The notes: generated by a model not told the origin, from the letters alone. Counted from the stretch's first letter, positions 32,188 through 42,534 are shown. The stretch: 64,000 bases of DNA from Bacteroidales bacterium (GCA_045642485.1 JAZUIV010000002.1:5107-69106); one strand, 5' to 3'. A program made the numbers and translations.

Positions 32188-34637
32188 CTCTGCCTTCTGC
32201 AAGTTTTTATATGCTTGAAGATGCAGGTACCTATTATCACTGCACAGGCGAGATACATAATGATTATGCAAATCATCGCAATCGTATCGCCTTTGCGAAC
32301 GCTGTCGGGGTCGAAGATGAAATGAATATTATGCTGCCCGGCAGGAACATTGAGGGCACGGAGTAAATAATTGACCCGGTAGTGGTCGACAGGCTGTCCG
32401 TCAATTGTCGCCTTCCATCCATAAGGATAGTATATTTCAGAGAATACTATCGTTCCGGGCTGAGAAGTGGAGTATGAATAATCCAATTCCTTCGGAGTGT
32501 ATTTTTTCAGGACAACACTTGCATCCTCCGGAAGAGCAGGCTCAGGATTCTGCACATACGAAGCGAATTCCCTGTCAAGAACAGCCTCGTGAGTAAGGTC
32601 TATCGTATTGAGCGCCTCGGACTCCTCGTTGGCATTCTCCACAACGTGCAGTTTATCAACAAACCAGGCGTTTCCAAGTGCAAACGGATTGATCTGAGGA
32701 ACGGCCTGACCGTCCTCTCCGGGCACTATGATATACTTGGCATTCAACATCCCGATGACAGGCCAGTGCATCTTGCTCAAGTGCTGGTCAATCAGGTCCT
32801 GATATCTGCGGAGTTTGGCGGCGTGGTAGCCTCCAAGCGACTTAAGATAATACGAAGTGCGGGCATCGCTCCAAGTGTTTGTCGTCAGATTGAGCACTCT
32901 GAAATGGGAAGAATCCTTGAGAAGCTGCTCTTCGTATGGCTGCAGGGCAAAAGCATTTTTGTTCTGCTTGACGGTGACGAAATTGTCATCGTTGAAATAG
33001 CGTTTGTCAACTGGCCACATATCGGCAATTACGAGAACTCCAAGGACGGCAATCATCCAACCGGTCCTGAGTTTGCCCTTTGCATAAAGCCAAAGCAGGC
33101 CGAAGGCCGCCGCAATGAACAGGAACGAGCGGAAACTGTCCGAACGGAGCAAGGCTGCCCTCTCATCCACAATCGCGGCATAAAGCCAATCCGGAACAGA
33201 AGAAGACCAGTTTGCATCATATTGGGATGTAAAACTGAAGAGCGAACCTCCGAACAGGGCGAACAACAGACAGATGCCGGCGGTCACCCCTCCTGAAATA
33301 TACAAACTCCCGAAAAGTTTCTTCTTCTCAACTGTCCCGTCCATAATCTGCTTGATGGCCAGGAACCCCAGCAAAGGCATGGCGATTTCAGCAACTATCA
33401 GGATTGACGAAACGGCCCTGAACTTGTTGTATAGCGGGAAGTATTTGAAAAAGAATTCCGTAAGCCAAAGGCAGTTATGCCCCCAGGCAAGAGCTGTCGA
33501 GAACAACGTTGCAGCCAGAAGCGCCCATTTGTACGGTCCTTCCACAATAAGAAGACCCAGGAGAAACAGGAAGCATACTACAGCGCCCATATAGACATTA
33601 CCGGCCGTGAAGGGCTGGTCGCCCCAATACATAGGAACACCCTGGCAGAAATTGGCGGCATCCTTCGGAGCAACGCCCTTTTTGACAAGTGTCTTGTACA
33701 AATCGGAGTCATTGCCGACTGCGACACTGTTTGCACCTCCCATAAAGCCGGGAATCAGAAAACTCATCGTCTCATCGATGCCGTAACTCCACTGGGTAGC
33801 ATATTCTATGTCCAGACCTTTGGGTTTTGCGGCATCCGCCGGTTCACCTTCCGTCACAATGTCAGAATGACCGCCTCGCATCGTCTGCTCAGCATATTCA
33901 CTGTTGACAAAGATATTGGACGTACCTGTTCCAAGACCGACACCGAGAGATACGGCAAAAATGGCGGTTGCGACAACCAAATCCCGAAGTCTCTTCTCCT
34001 TTATATGAATCCACAGTTCAGCGAACCACAGAAGCCCAATCATCATAAAGAGATAGTAGGCCATCTGCGGATGGGCGCTGAACCCGATTGCGGCGAAAAT
34101 CATTACGAAAATGGCCCCAAGCCCATATTTCTTCCTGAATATCAGATAGAATCCCGCCATTACCACCGAAATGAGAGCAATGGTGGATGTCTTGCCGTTA
34201 TGCCCTGCCGCAATGATTACTATAAAATAGGACGAAAGAGCGATGGCTATTGCTCCTACAATACTCAGCCACTTGTCGATACCGAATGAGCGCAGCAGGA
34301 TAAAGAAGCAGAAAAAATAGATGACGAACACCCAGGCCGTATTCCAATGACCTCTATGAAGAAGTTTGTTCAACGGAGCGAGCAGGGTGGAAGACTTGTA
34401 CGATCCTCCGCCAACCTGATAGCCCGGCATACCGCTGAACATATTGCCAATCCACCAGGTATGGTCTCCCGTTTCCTGAGTATATCTTTCCGCCTCCTGA
34501 ACTGCCGCCGTGGCCGTTATGCCATCCCCGGCATTGACAACTTTGCCGCTCAATTGCGGCTTGCAGTAAGCATATGCCAGCGCGAAAAAGATTACCGCCG
34601 CCACTATGTACGCCCCATATTTTTCAAAAAACTTCAT
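32184..34637 (-). CDS. YfhO family membrane protein (GT-C-like)
   Basis: 817 aa. It has a polytopic N-terminal two-thirds, a C-terminal soluble domain and a final TM helix. GC content is core-like. Confidence 0.7.
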   Translation of the reverse strand: MKFFEKYGAYIVAAVIFFALAYAYCKPQLSGKVVNAGDGITATAAVQEAERYTQETGDHTWWIGNMFSGMPGYQVGGGSYKSSTLLAPLNKLLHRGHWNTAWVFVIYFFCFFILLRSFGIDKWLSIVGAIAIALSSYFIVIIAAGHNGKTSTIALISVVMAGFYLIFRKKYGLGAIFVMIFAAIGFSAHPQMAYYLFMMIGLLWFAELWIHIKEKRLRDLVVATAIFAVSLGVGLGTGTSNIFVNSEYAEQTMRGGHSDIVTEGEPADAAKPKGLDIEYATQWSYGIDETMSFLIPGFMGGANSVAVGNDSDLYKTLVKKGVAPKDAANFCQGVPMYWGDQPFTAGNVYMGAVVCFLFLLGLLIVEGPYKWALLAATLFSTALAWGHNCLWLTEFFFKYFPLYNKFRAVSSILIVAEIAMPLLGFLAIKQIMDGTVEKKKLFGSLYISGGVTAGICLLFALFGGSLFSFTSQYDANWSSSVPDWLYAAIVDERAALLRSDSFRSFLFIAAAFGLLWLYAKGKLRTGWMIAVLGVLVIADMWPVDKRYFNDDNFVTVKQNKNAFALQPYEEQLLKDSSHFRVLNLTTNTWSDARTSYYLKSLGGYHAAKLRRYQDLIDQHLSKMHWPVIGMLNAKYIIVPGEDGQAVPQINPFALGNAWFVDKLHVVENANEESEALNTIDLTHEAVLDREFASYVQNPEPALPEDASVVLKKYTPKELDYSYSTSQPGTIVFSEIYYPYGWKATIDGQPVDHYRVNYLLRALNVPAGQHNIHFIFDPDSVRKGDTIAMICIIIMYLACAVIIGTCIFKHIKTCRRQR

Positions 34638-34664
34638 AGTTCAAATGTTGATGATTCAATTAAT

Positions 34665-36875
34665 CTAGTTCCCCAGTTCAGAGAGGAACTTGATGCGGAC
34701 GAGACGGACCTCCTCCTCTTCGTAGTCGCGGCCGAGTTCCTTCATCGCGTCGGTGACGGAGTCAGACTGGGCCTCCTCCTTGAAATAGGTGAAGATATCG
34801 TCTATTTTGTCTTCATCGATAGTCTGCTTGATATAGTAGTCGATATTGAGCCTCATCCCGGAATTGACGATGCTCTCGATGTCCTCTATCAGTTCACTCA
34901 GTTCCATATCACGGGCACGGGCAATGTCCTCAAAGGGCATCTTCCTGTCAATGCTTTGGATAATAAACAGTTTGTTGCTGCTCTTGCTGGCCATGGTCCT
35001 CATCACGAAATCATCCGGACGGGAGATATCGTTCTCCTCCACATATCTGGCGATAACTTCCACAAACGGCTGACCGAACTTGCGGGCCTTGCCATCTCCT
35101 ACTCCTTGACATTTCTTGAGTTCTTCAATCGTTATGGGATAGAAAATGGCCATATCCTCGATGCTCGGATCGGAAAAGACTACCCAGGTCGGAACTTTCT
35201 GTTTTGCGGCAACATCGCGGCGGAGATTCTTCAGTATCGCTACAAGGGTGGGATCTCCAGCCCCGTCCACGCCCGAAGCAGGGTGTTTGGTGGCCACCCC
35301 GTTGTCGTCGTCATCATCCTCACCTTCCTCGAATTCTCTGTCCTCAGTAAGCATCACGTCATAGGGATTTTCATAATACTCCTTTCCGGAGCGGGTGACA
35401 GAAATCAGCCCGTAGCGTTCTATGTCCTTGTCAAGGAAATGAAGAATCAGCGCCTGCCGGATTACCGCATTCCAGAATCGGAGCCCCTTGTCTTTGCCGA
35501 AGCCGAACAATTCGTGGTGGTGATGGTGATAGGATTTGATAATGGAATTGCTGACACCGCATAGGATGCTGCCCAGATATTCCGCCTTGAACGACTCCTT
35601 GAGAGACAGGACCAACTCTATCACGGTGCAGAGGTATTCCTTTCCGTTGAACTTCTTCTTCGGGTAGAGGCAGTTGTCGCACTGACCGCAGTTGCATTCA
35701 GTATAGTCCTCGCCGAAATAGTTCAGGAGCACTCTTCTGCGGCATTGGTTGGACTCGGCGTATGAAACCGTCTCCATCAGCAACTGGCGGCCTATTTCCT
35801 GCTCGGAAACCGGCTTGCCCTGCATGAACTTCTCAAGTTTCTGTATATCCTTGTAGCGGTAGAAGGCGATGCATTTCCCCTCCTGACCGTCGCGGCCGGC
35901 ACGACCGGTCTCCTGATAATACCCTTCCAGACTCTTGGGAATATTGTAATGTATCACAAACCTTACATCCGGCTTGTCGATTCCCATACCGAAAGCTATC
36001 GTGGCCACTATCACGTCCACATCCTCCATTAGAAATGCATCCTGATTGCGGCCACGGGTGGCGGCATCCATTCCCGCATGGTAAGGAAGCGCCTTTATTC
36101 CATTGATATTCAGCAATTCCGCAATCTCCTCAACTTTCTTTCTGCTCAGGCAATAGATGATTCCGCTCTTGCCGGGATTCTCCTTGATGAACTTGATGAT
36201 GTCCTTCTTCGGGTTGGTCTTGCTGCGAATCTCATAGTAGAGGTTGGGACGGTTGAACGACGACTTGAACACTTTGGCGTCGGTCATTCCGAGGTTGCGC
36301 TGAATGTCGGACTGAACCTTGGGTGTGGCCGTTGCCGTGAGCGCTATTATCGGAGCCTTGCCGATTTCTGCGATAATGGAGCGGATGCGTCTGTACTCAG
36401 GCCGGAAATCGTGCCCCCATTCGGAGATACAGTGAGCTTCGTCTATGGCGTAGAATGAAATTTCAATCTGCTTCAGCAACTGGATATTCTCCTCTTTGGT
36501 CAAGGATTCCGGAGCGACATACAGCAACTTCGTCACGCCGCTGAGAAGGTCTTTCTTCACCTCAGCGGCCTGTGCCCGGCTCAGGGAGGAATTGAGGAAA
36601 TGGGCGATCCCTTCCTGATTGTGGGCAAAACCCATAATTGCATCCACCTGATTCTTCATAAGGGCAATCAGAGGGGATATCACAATAGCCGTTCCTTCCA
36701 TACACAGGGCCGGCAACTGATAGCACAGGGATTTGCCGCCTCCGGTGGGCATCAGCACAAAGACGTCATTCCCTTCGACAAGGGACTTGATGACGGCCTC
36801 CTGATTACCCTTAAAGGAGTCAAAACCAAAGAATTTCTTCAGTTTGTCGTGCAATATGTCATATGTTATTTCCAT
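34665..36875 (-). CDS. recQ: ATP-dependent DNA helicase RecQ
   Basis: Start MEITYDILHDKLKKFFGFDSFKGNQ at 36875. Motifs are MPTGGGKSLCYQLPA, DEAH (IDEAHCISEWGHDFRPEY) and a Zn-binding CRR...C..CDNC. An acidic linker precedes an HRDC-like C-terminus. Confidence 0.95.
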   Translation of the reverse strand: MEITYDILHDKLKKFFGFDSFKGNQEAVIKSLVEGNDVFVLMPTGGGKSLCYQLPALCMEGTAIVISPLIALMKNQVDAIMGFAHNQEGIAHFLNSSLSRAQAAEVKKDLLSGVTKLLYVAPESLTKEENIQLLKQIEISFYAIDEAHCISEWGHDFRPEYRRIRSIIAEIGKAPIIALTATATPKVQSDIQRNLGMTDAKVFKSSFNRPNLYYEIRSKTNPKKDIIKFIKENPGKSGIIYCLSRKKVEEIAELLNINGIKALPYHAGMDAATRGRNQDAFLMEDVDVIVATIAFGMGIDKPDVRFVIHYNIPKSLEGYYQETGRAGRDGQEGKCIAFYRYKDIQKLEKFMQGKPVSEQEIGRQLLMETVSYAESNQCRRRVLLNYFGEDYTECNCGQCDNCLYPKKKFNGKEYLCTVIELVLSLKESFKAEYLGSILCGVSNSIIKSYHHHHHELFGFGKDKGLRFWNAVIRQALILHFLDKDIERYGLISVTRSGKEYYENPYDVMLTEDREFEEGEDDDDDNGVATKHPASGVDGAGDPTLVAILKNLRRDVAAKQKVPTWVVFSDPSIEDMAIFYPITIEELKKCQGVGDGKARKFGQPFVEVIARYVEENDISRPDDFVMRTMASKSSNKLFIIQSIDRKMPFEDIARARDMELSELIEDIESIVNSGMRLNIDYYIKQTIDEDKIDDIFTYFKEEAQSDSVTDAMKELGRDYEEEEVRLVRIKFLSELGN

Positions 36876-36935
36876 AAACCCGAGCAAAAAACCATTTTCC
36901 CGCATATAAAAGTACAAATAAATAACGTCTGACGC

Positions 36936-36977
36936 AAAAAAAAGAAGGATACCGAAGCTCCGGCATCCTTCTTTTTT
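36936..36977 (-). terminator. putative intrinsic terminator downstream of the ROK kinase gene
   Basis: The sequence is AAAAAAAAGAAGGATACCG-aagct-CCGGCATCCTTCTTTTTT. The stem has one mismatch and is flanked by A/T runs, so it gives a hairpin plus U-tract on either strand. Confidence 0.55.
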
Positions 36978-36991
36978 GCGTTCAGGACCTG

Positions 36992-37951
36992 TTACCAGGC
37001 CAGTGCACTGGCACCGAGGATGGCGGCATCGCTCTCCTTGAGACTTGAGAAAATAATCTTCACTTTGTCTCTCCAGAGTTTGAGGACACTCTCGTTCATA
37101 GCCTTTAACATAGGCTCATAGAGGAACTCCTTGGAGCGGGCAAGACCGCCGAAAAGGACGATAGCCTCGGGAGCACTGAAGGCGATGAAGTCCGCAAATG
37201 ACCTTCCGAGCAGAGTGCCTGTATATTCAAATACGGAAAGGGCAAGTTTGTCCCCTTCACGGGCGGCTTCATATACATCTTTTGAGGTGATATTCTCAAC
37301 CTCGCGCAGAAGAGAAGGCTCGTTGGAATGTTCAAGCCACTCGCGTGCCGTACGGGCAACTCCGATTGCAGAGCAGTATGCCTCAAGGCAACCCTGACGG
37401 CCGCAGCCGCAGGTACGTCCGTTGTGACGTACGACTGTGGTATGACCCAACTCACCTGCAAAACCATCGTGACCGTAAACGACATTGCCGTCGATGACGA
37501 TACCGCTGCCGACACCCGTTCCGAGAGTAATCATAATGAAATTCTTCATACCGCGGGCGGCGCCGTATGTCATCTCACCCATAGCCGCCGCATTGGCATC
37601 ATTGGTAAGGGTCACGGGAATGCCGTCGAGATTGCGGCTGAGAATCTCAGCAAACTTCACGGAATTCTTCGAAGCCCAGGCCAAGTTGGGTGCGTATGCA
37701 ACTTCGCCCGTGTAATAGTTTCCGTTGGGAGCGCCTACGCCCACACCACGGATTTCACCTTCCTTGCCGGAAGCCTTGATGCAGCCCTTGACGGCCTCTG
37801 CCAGAGCGGCAAGAAAAGCCTCAGCGTCGTCACCGTAAATATCTGAGCGGATAACTGTCTGATAAAGGACATCTCCACGTGTGTCAACCACACCGATTTT
37901 GGAGGTCTGGCCTCCCACGTCGATACCGACTACATATTGTTTGTCCACCAT
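36992..37951 (-). CDS. ROK family sugar kinase (glucokinase-like)
   Basis: Start at the ATG at 37951 (MVDKQYVVGIDVGGQTSKIG). The track's 37972 start is a TTG. Motifs are the ROK signature GFAGELGH and the Zn site C.CG..GCLE. Confidence 0.88.
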   Translation of the reverse strand: MVDKQYVVGIDVGGQTSKIGVVDTRGDVLYQTVIRSDIYGDDAEAFLAALAEAVKGCIKASGKEGEIRGVGVGAPNGNYYTGEVAYAPNLAWASKNSVKFAEILSRNLDGIPVTLTNDANAAAMGEMTYGAARGMKNFIMITLGTGVGSGIVIDGNVVYGHDGFAGELGHTTVVRHNGRTCGCGRQGCLEAYCSAIGVARTAREWLEHSNEPSLLREVENITSKDVYEAAREGDKLALSVFEYTGTLLGRSFADFIAFSAPEAIVLFGGLARSKEFLYEPMLKAMNESVLKLWRDKVKIIFSSLKESDAAILGASALAW

Positions 37952-37964
37952 AGTGATATATGAA

Positions 37965-39257
37965 TTAGTCAACTTTGATATCCTTATTTACGTTCTTGCT
38001 GCCGGCAACTGCATAGTAAAGGAGGTATGCAAGCATTGCAACCACCAGCCAGTAGCTGTTCATATAACCAGCGCTGCTCTTTGCGATGAATTCCTGAATC
38101 AGAGGCATTATACCGCCACCGACTACGAGAGTCATGAAGATACCTGAAGCCTGCTCGGTATATTTGCCGAGCCCCTCGACTGCAAGATTGAAGATTGCGC
38201 CCCACATAAGGGAGGTGCAAAGACCGCAGAGGACAAGGAACAGACAGCTTACGGGAACCTCGAACATTGCGAAACCGTCAGCGGCGCTGTAACCGGGCAT
38301 ACTGACTGTAACGGCCTTGGGAGTAAAGATGGCGGCGATTACGAGAACCAGAGCCACGGAGCATACGGTAACCATCTGGGCGCGTGTGCTGATCTTGCCG
38401 GAAATGGCTGAAGAGCAGGCACGTCCTACCATCATAAGCAACCAGTAGATAGCTGCGATTGCACCTCCGATAGCGGCACCACCCGCAAATCCTGCAGGAA
38501 ATGCACCGTGTCCGGTAGCGTCAGCAAGGTAGAAGTTGACCTGTGAAGGGATGCCGATTTCAATGCCAACATAGAAGAATATTGCGAGCGCGCCCAGAAC
38601 GAAGTGGCGGAAATGCCAGGCGCTGCTCTCGAATTTCTCGACCTTGCGCTCCTGAGCGGGCTCGGGAATATTGACGAATTTGATGATTACAAATGCGATT
38701 GCGAAGACTGCCATTGCGATGAAGAGCAGAGGAGAAACGTCTGACATAGCAGTAGAGTCGCTTACAGTACCGATGAGAACACCCACCAGAAGAGGGGTAA
38801 GAGTACCGGTCAGGGAGTTCAGAGTACCGCCAATCTGGATGTACTGGTTACCCTTGTTTCCGCCACCGCCGAGGATGTTGAGCATCGGGTTCACAACGGT
38901 GTTGAGCATACATACGCAGAAACCGCAGATGAATGCGCCGAGCAGATAGACATAGATTGCGCTTCCGGCAAGGGCTTTGAAGCTGGATACATACTGAACG
39001 CAGATTCCGATGAAGCCCACTGCGAGGGCGATGAGAGTGGTTTTCTTGTAACCTACCTTGATAAGCATCTTGCCTGCGGGAATACCCATAAAGAGGTATG
39101 CGGCGAAGTTCATCATGTTACCCATCATCTTGGACCACTCATACTGATTGCCCCAGATGTTTCCGAAAGGCGCGGCCATATTGGTGACGAATGAAATCAT
39201 CGCAAAGATGAAGCACATTGTCACGATTGCCACGATGTTGGTTTTTTGTTTTGTCAT
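37965..39257 (-). CDS. sugar MFS transporter (FucP/GluP-type)
   Basis: 430 aa with 12 TM helices. It sits in an operon with the ROK kinase. Confidence 0.75.
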   Translation of the reverse strand: MTKQKTNIVAIVTMCFIFAMISFVTNMAAPFGNIWGNQYEWSKMMGNMMNFAAYLFMGIPAGKMLIKVGYKKTTLIALAVGFIGICVQYVSSFKALAGSAIYVYLLGAFICGFCVCMLNTVVNPMLNILGGGGNKGNQYIQIGGTLNSLTGTLTPLLVGVLIGTVSDSTAMSDVSPLLFIAMAVFAIAFVIIKFVNIPEPAQERKVEKFESSAWHFRHFVLGALAIFFYVGIEIGIPSQVNFYLADATGHGAFPAGFAGGAAIGGAIAAIYWLLMMVGRACSSAISGKISTRAQMVTVCSVALVLVIAAIFTPKAVTVSMPGYSAADGFAMFEVPVSCLFLVLCGLCTSLMWGAIFNLAVEGLGKYTEQASGIFMTLVVGGGIMPLIQEFIAKSSAGYMNSYWLVVAMLAYLLYYAVAGSKNVNKDIKVD

Positions 39258-39286
39258 AATGTTTGTATTAGATGAAAAAAAATGTT

Positions 39287-40525
39287 TCAGAAAGTGTGTA
39301 TCGCAAGTCCGCTCCGGAGCTTGGGTTCGAACCAGGTCGTCTTGGGAGGCATTATCGCCCCGCTGTCGGCAATGTCCGTCAGTTGTTTCATTGACACCGG
39401 ATAAAGAGCGAAGGCCGCTGCCATCTCCCCGCTGTCAACTCTGCGCTTGAGTTCTCCCAAACCTCGGATTCCACCCACAAAATCGATGCGCTCGCTTGTC
39501 CGGAGATCCCCCAGATGGAGAATCCTGTCGAAAATCAGATTCGAGCAGATGGTCACGTCCAGCACCCCGATAGGGTCGGTGTCATCGTAAGTGCCGGGCT
39601 TTGCAGTGAGGCTGTACCATTCCCCGCCCAGATACATCGAGAAGTTGTGCAAAGCACAGGGACGGTAGGTTCCCTTCCCCTTCGGCTCCACATCGAAACT
39701 TTCGGACAGCCGGTTGATGAAATCTTCTGCAGAGAGGCCAGCCAAATCCTTCACCACCCGGTTGTAATCTATGATTTTCAATTGGTTGTCCGGGAAACAG
39801 ACTGCCATGAAATAGTTGTATTCCTCGGTCCCGTCGTGAGATGGATTCGCTTCGCGACGTTTCTGCCCCACACGGGCAGCGGCGGCTGTACGATGGTGTC
39901 CGTCAGCGACATAGAAAGCCTCGATTCCCGCAAAAATCGCGGTGATGCGGGCAATGTCGGCATCGTCGTCAATCACCCAGAACTTGTGGCCGAACCCGTC
40001 CTCATCTGCTATGAAGTCATATTCCGGGACTCGTGAGATATAACGGAACATTATCGCGTCAAGCTCAGGATTGTCGGGATAAGCAAAGAACACCGGCTCT
40101 ATGTTGGCGCTCTGAATATCCACGTGGACCATACGGTCGTCTTCTTTCTCCTTGCGGGTGAGTTCGTGTTTCTTGATGGCTCCGGTTGCGTAGTCATCGG
40201 TATGCGCGCAGAGGATGATGCCGTACTGCGTGCGTCCGTCCATAGTCTGCGCATAGATGTAGTAACACTCCTTGGGGTCCCGCACAAGCCATCCGCGGCT
40301 CTGCCACAGTTTGAAATTGCTGACGGCCTTGTCGTAAGTGCGCTGTTCCCTTTCCTCCGCAATGGGCTCGAAGTCAATCTCGGGTTTGGTTATATGCAGC
40401 AGGGATTTCTCCCCCGCCTCGGCTTTCGCCTCCACTGAATTCATCACGTCATAAGGGCGGGATGAAACCTCCTTGCCTATTTCCTTGGGAGGGCGAAGCG
40501 CCGCAAAAGGTTTTACCTTTACCAT
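39287..40525 (-). CDS. DUF1015 domain-containing protein
   Basis: Start MVKVKPFAALRP at 40525, with YVADGHHR further in. It is the conserved neighbour of serA/serC in Bacteroidales. Confidence 0.75.
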   Translation of the reverse strand: MVKVKPFAALRPPKEIGKEVSSRPYDVMNSVEAKAEAGEKSLLHITKPEIDFEPIAEEREQRTYDKAVSNFKLWQSRGWLVRDPKECYYIYAQTMDGRTQYGIILCAHTDDYATGAIKKHELTRKEKEDDRMVHVDIQSANIEPVFFAYPDNPELDAIMFRYISRVPEYDFIADEDGFGHKFWVIDDDADIARITAIFAGIEAFYVADGHHRTAAAARVGQKRREANPSHDGTEEYNYFMAVCFPDNQLKIIDYNRVVKDLAGLSAEDFINRLSESFDVEPKGKGTYRPCALHNFSMYLGGEWYSLTAKPGTYDDTDPIGVLDVTICSNLIFDRILHLGDLRTSERIDFVGGIRGLGELKRRVDSGEMAAAFALYPVSMKQLTDIADSGAIMPPKTTWFEPKLRSGLAIHTF

Positions 40526-40527
40526 AT

Positions 40528-41451
40528 TCAGAATTTGTTTAGTTGGAATTTCGTATCGCCCGTAGCGAAGAAGTTGCAAATCTGGGAGGCGGCCGCAAGA
40601 CCGGCATTCACGTTTGCCTCGGCTGTCTCGGCACCCATCTTCTTGGGTGTCGCAAAATACCGGGCTCCGAATTTTTCAGCGAACTCCGCAGCCTTTCCGG
40701 GGGCCACGTCAGCCACATACCGCAAATCCTCCCTTTCGGTCAGCACTTTTATAAGTCCATCTTCGTCAATCACTTCCTTGCGGGCTGTATTGATCAGGCA
40801 TCCGCCTTTGGGCATCCGGGAGACCAGATCATACCCTATCGAACCTTTTGTCTGTTCGGTTGCGGGGATGTGGAGGGAAACGAAATCAGATTTTGCATAG
40901 AGTTCCTCAAGGCTTGAGGCGACCTCCGCCCCAGTAGCCTCAATCTTTTCCGCGCTCAGGAAGGGGTCGAAGGCGAGGACTTTCATCCCGAACCCCTGTG
41001 CGAGGGCCCCCACCAGACGTCCGACATTGCCGTAGGCCTGGATTCCGATTGTCTTCCCCTTGAGTTCACGGCCCGTGCCGGGAGTGAACTGGTTGCGGTT
41101 CATATATATCATCAGTCCGATGGCAAGTTCCGCCACGGCGTTGGAATTCTGTCCCGGCGTGTTCATCGCCACCACCTTGTGCGCACTGCAGGCGGCAAGG
41201 TCCAGATTGTCGAAGCCGGCTCCGGCACGGACGACAATCTTCAACTTCGGTGCGGCCTCAACTACAGCGGCAGTCACCTTGTCCGAACGGACTATCAGCG
41301 CGTCTGCATCGGCCACAGCCTTGATGAGTTCATCTTCACCTTCGTATTTTTCAAGCAGGGCAACAGTATGACCGTTTTCCCGAGCTATCTTAACTATTCC
41401 GTCAGTGGCAGCCTTGGCGAAAGGCTTCTGAGTCGCTACAAGTATTTTCAT
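40528..41451 (-). CDS. serA: D-3-phosphoglycerate dehydrogenase (short form, 2-hydroxyacid dehydrogenase family)
   Basis: 307 aa with the NAD-binding stretch GIQAYGNVGRLV. It is adjacent to serC. Confidence 0.85.
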   Translation of the reverse strand: MKILVATQKPFAKAATDGIVKIARENGHTVALLEKYEGEDELIKAVADADALIVRSDKVTAAVVEAAPKLKIVVRAGAGFDNLDLAACSAHKVVAMNTPGQNSNAVAELAIGLMIYMNRNQFTPGTGRELKGKTIGIQAYGNVGRLVGALAQGFGMKVLAFDPFLSAEKIEATGAEVASSLEELYAKSDFVSLHIPATEQTKGSIGYDLVSRMPKGGCLINTARKEVIDEDGLIKVLTEREDLRYVADVAPGKAAEFAEKFGARYFATPKKMGAETAEANVNAGLAAASQICNFFATGDTKFQLNKF

Positions 41452-41463
41452 ATCTTCCGGAAT

Positions 41464-42534
41464 CTATTTGTGGAGTTTCTCGAATTCCTGCATACAGGCC
41501 ACCAGGGCATTCACGGCCTCGACAGGGCAGGCGTTGTACAATGAAGCCCGGAAGCCTCCCACGCTGCGGTGCCCCTTGATGCCCACCATACCGCGCTCCT
41601 TGGCGAAAGCGAAGAATTCATCCTGAAGAGCCTCCTTGCCGGGAGCCATCACGAAGCAGACATTCATAATGGATCGGTCCTCGACGGCGGCCGTACCGAC
41701 GAACATTGAGTTTCTGTCAATCTCATCGTAGAGGATTCCAGCCTTTTCGACGTCAATCTTGTGAATAGCCTCTACACCTCCTATTCCCTTGAGCCACTTG
41801 AGGGTCTCGTTCATAATGAAGATGGAGAATACGGGAGGGGTGTTGAACATACTTTCACCGTCGATATGGGTGCGGTAATCGAGCATTGTGGGGATGTAAC
41901 GGGTAACTTTTCCCAGCACATCCTTGCGGACAATGGCGAAAGCCACCCCCGCAGGGCCGACATTCTTCTGGGCGCCTCCATAAATCAGGGCATATTTCGA
42001 AACATCGACCGGACGGCTCATAATGTCGGATGACATATCGGCCACAAGGTTGACGGGGCAGTCCATATCGTATTTGATTTCCGTACCGTAGATGGTGTTG
42101 TTCGTCGTGATGTGGAAATAGTCCAGGTCGGACGGGATTTCATACCCCTTGGGTATATATGAATATGTCTTGTCCGCGGAAGATGCGATTGCATATGCAT
42201 TTCCGAGACCTTTTGCTTCTTTGAGAGCCTTCTTCGCCCAGACGCCCGTCTCAAGATAGGCCGCCTTGTTCTCCAGGAGGTTCATCGCCACATAAAGAAA
42301 CTGGAGAGAAGCACCTCCTCCAAGGAAAAGAACTTCGTGTGTATCGGGGATATGCAGAAGTTCACGCCAGAGTGACCTGCACTCATCCATAACAGCCTCC
42401 CACTCCTTTGTCCTGTGGGAAACGCTGATTACCGGAATACCTGTGTTCTTGAAATCTTTAAGAGCTTCTATAGCTGCATCTATCGCGGATTGCGGAAGTA
42501 CGCACGGACCCGCATTGAAATTGTACGCTTTCAT
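41464..42534 (-). CDS. serC: 3-phosphoserine/phosphohydroxythreonine aminotransferase
   Basis: 356 aa. Motifs are [16 protein letters not shown] and [10 protein letters not shown] (PLP lysine). Confidence 0.93.
   Translation of the reverse strand: MKAYNFNAGPCVLPQSAIDAAIEALKDFKNTGIPVISVSHRTKEWEAVMDECRSLWRELLHIPDTHEVLFLGGGASLQFLYVAMNLLENKAAYLETGVWAKKALKEAKGLGNAYAIASSADKTYSYIPKGYEIPSDLDYFHITTNNTIYGTEIKYDMDCPVNLVADMSSDIMSRPVDVSKYALIYGGAQKNVGPAGVAFAIVRKDVLGKVTRYIPTMLDYRTHIDGESMFNTPPVFSIFIMNETLKWLKGIGGVEAIHKIDVEKAGILYDEIDRNSMFVGTAAVEDRSIMNVCFVMAPGKEALQDEFFAFAKERGMVGIKGHRSVGGFRASLYNACPVEAVNALVACMQEFEKLHK

Noticed and set aside
34347-35564. A 405-aa plus-strand ORF overlapping the yfhO end and recQ. 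Similar shadow ORFs occur at 32589..33296, 33477..34289, 60475..61257, 3299..4054, 13123..13791 and 53697..54242.
   Set aside because: All lie antisense to, or out of frame with, genes that have strong family signatures. None has a motif, a signal peptide or a plausible promoter context of its own.
36876-36917. Upstream extensions of ORFs in the track that start at TTG or at out-of-context ATG codons. Examples are recQ (36917), the ROK kinase (37972), GT10 (30460), GT2 (51782), lysS (61728), the ABC ATPase (62491), DUF1015 (40579) and the histidine phosphatase (19236).
   Set aside because: In each case a downstream ATG gives the canonical family N-terminus or a signal peptide and removes overlaps with the neighbouring gene. 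The extensions have no homology-like features.
39287-42534. The serC-serA-DUF1015 cluster as a possible novel system.
   Set aside because: This arrangement is a known conserved neighbourhood in Bacteroidales. Nothing in the sequence departs from the ordinary pattern.
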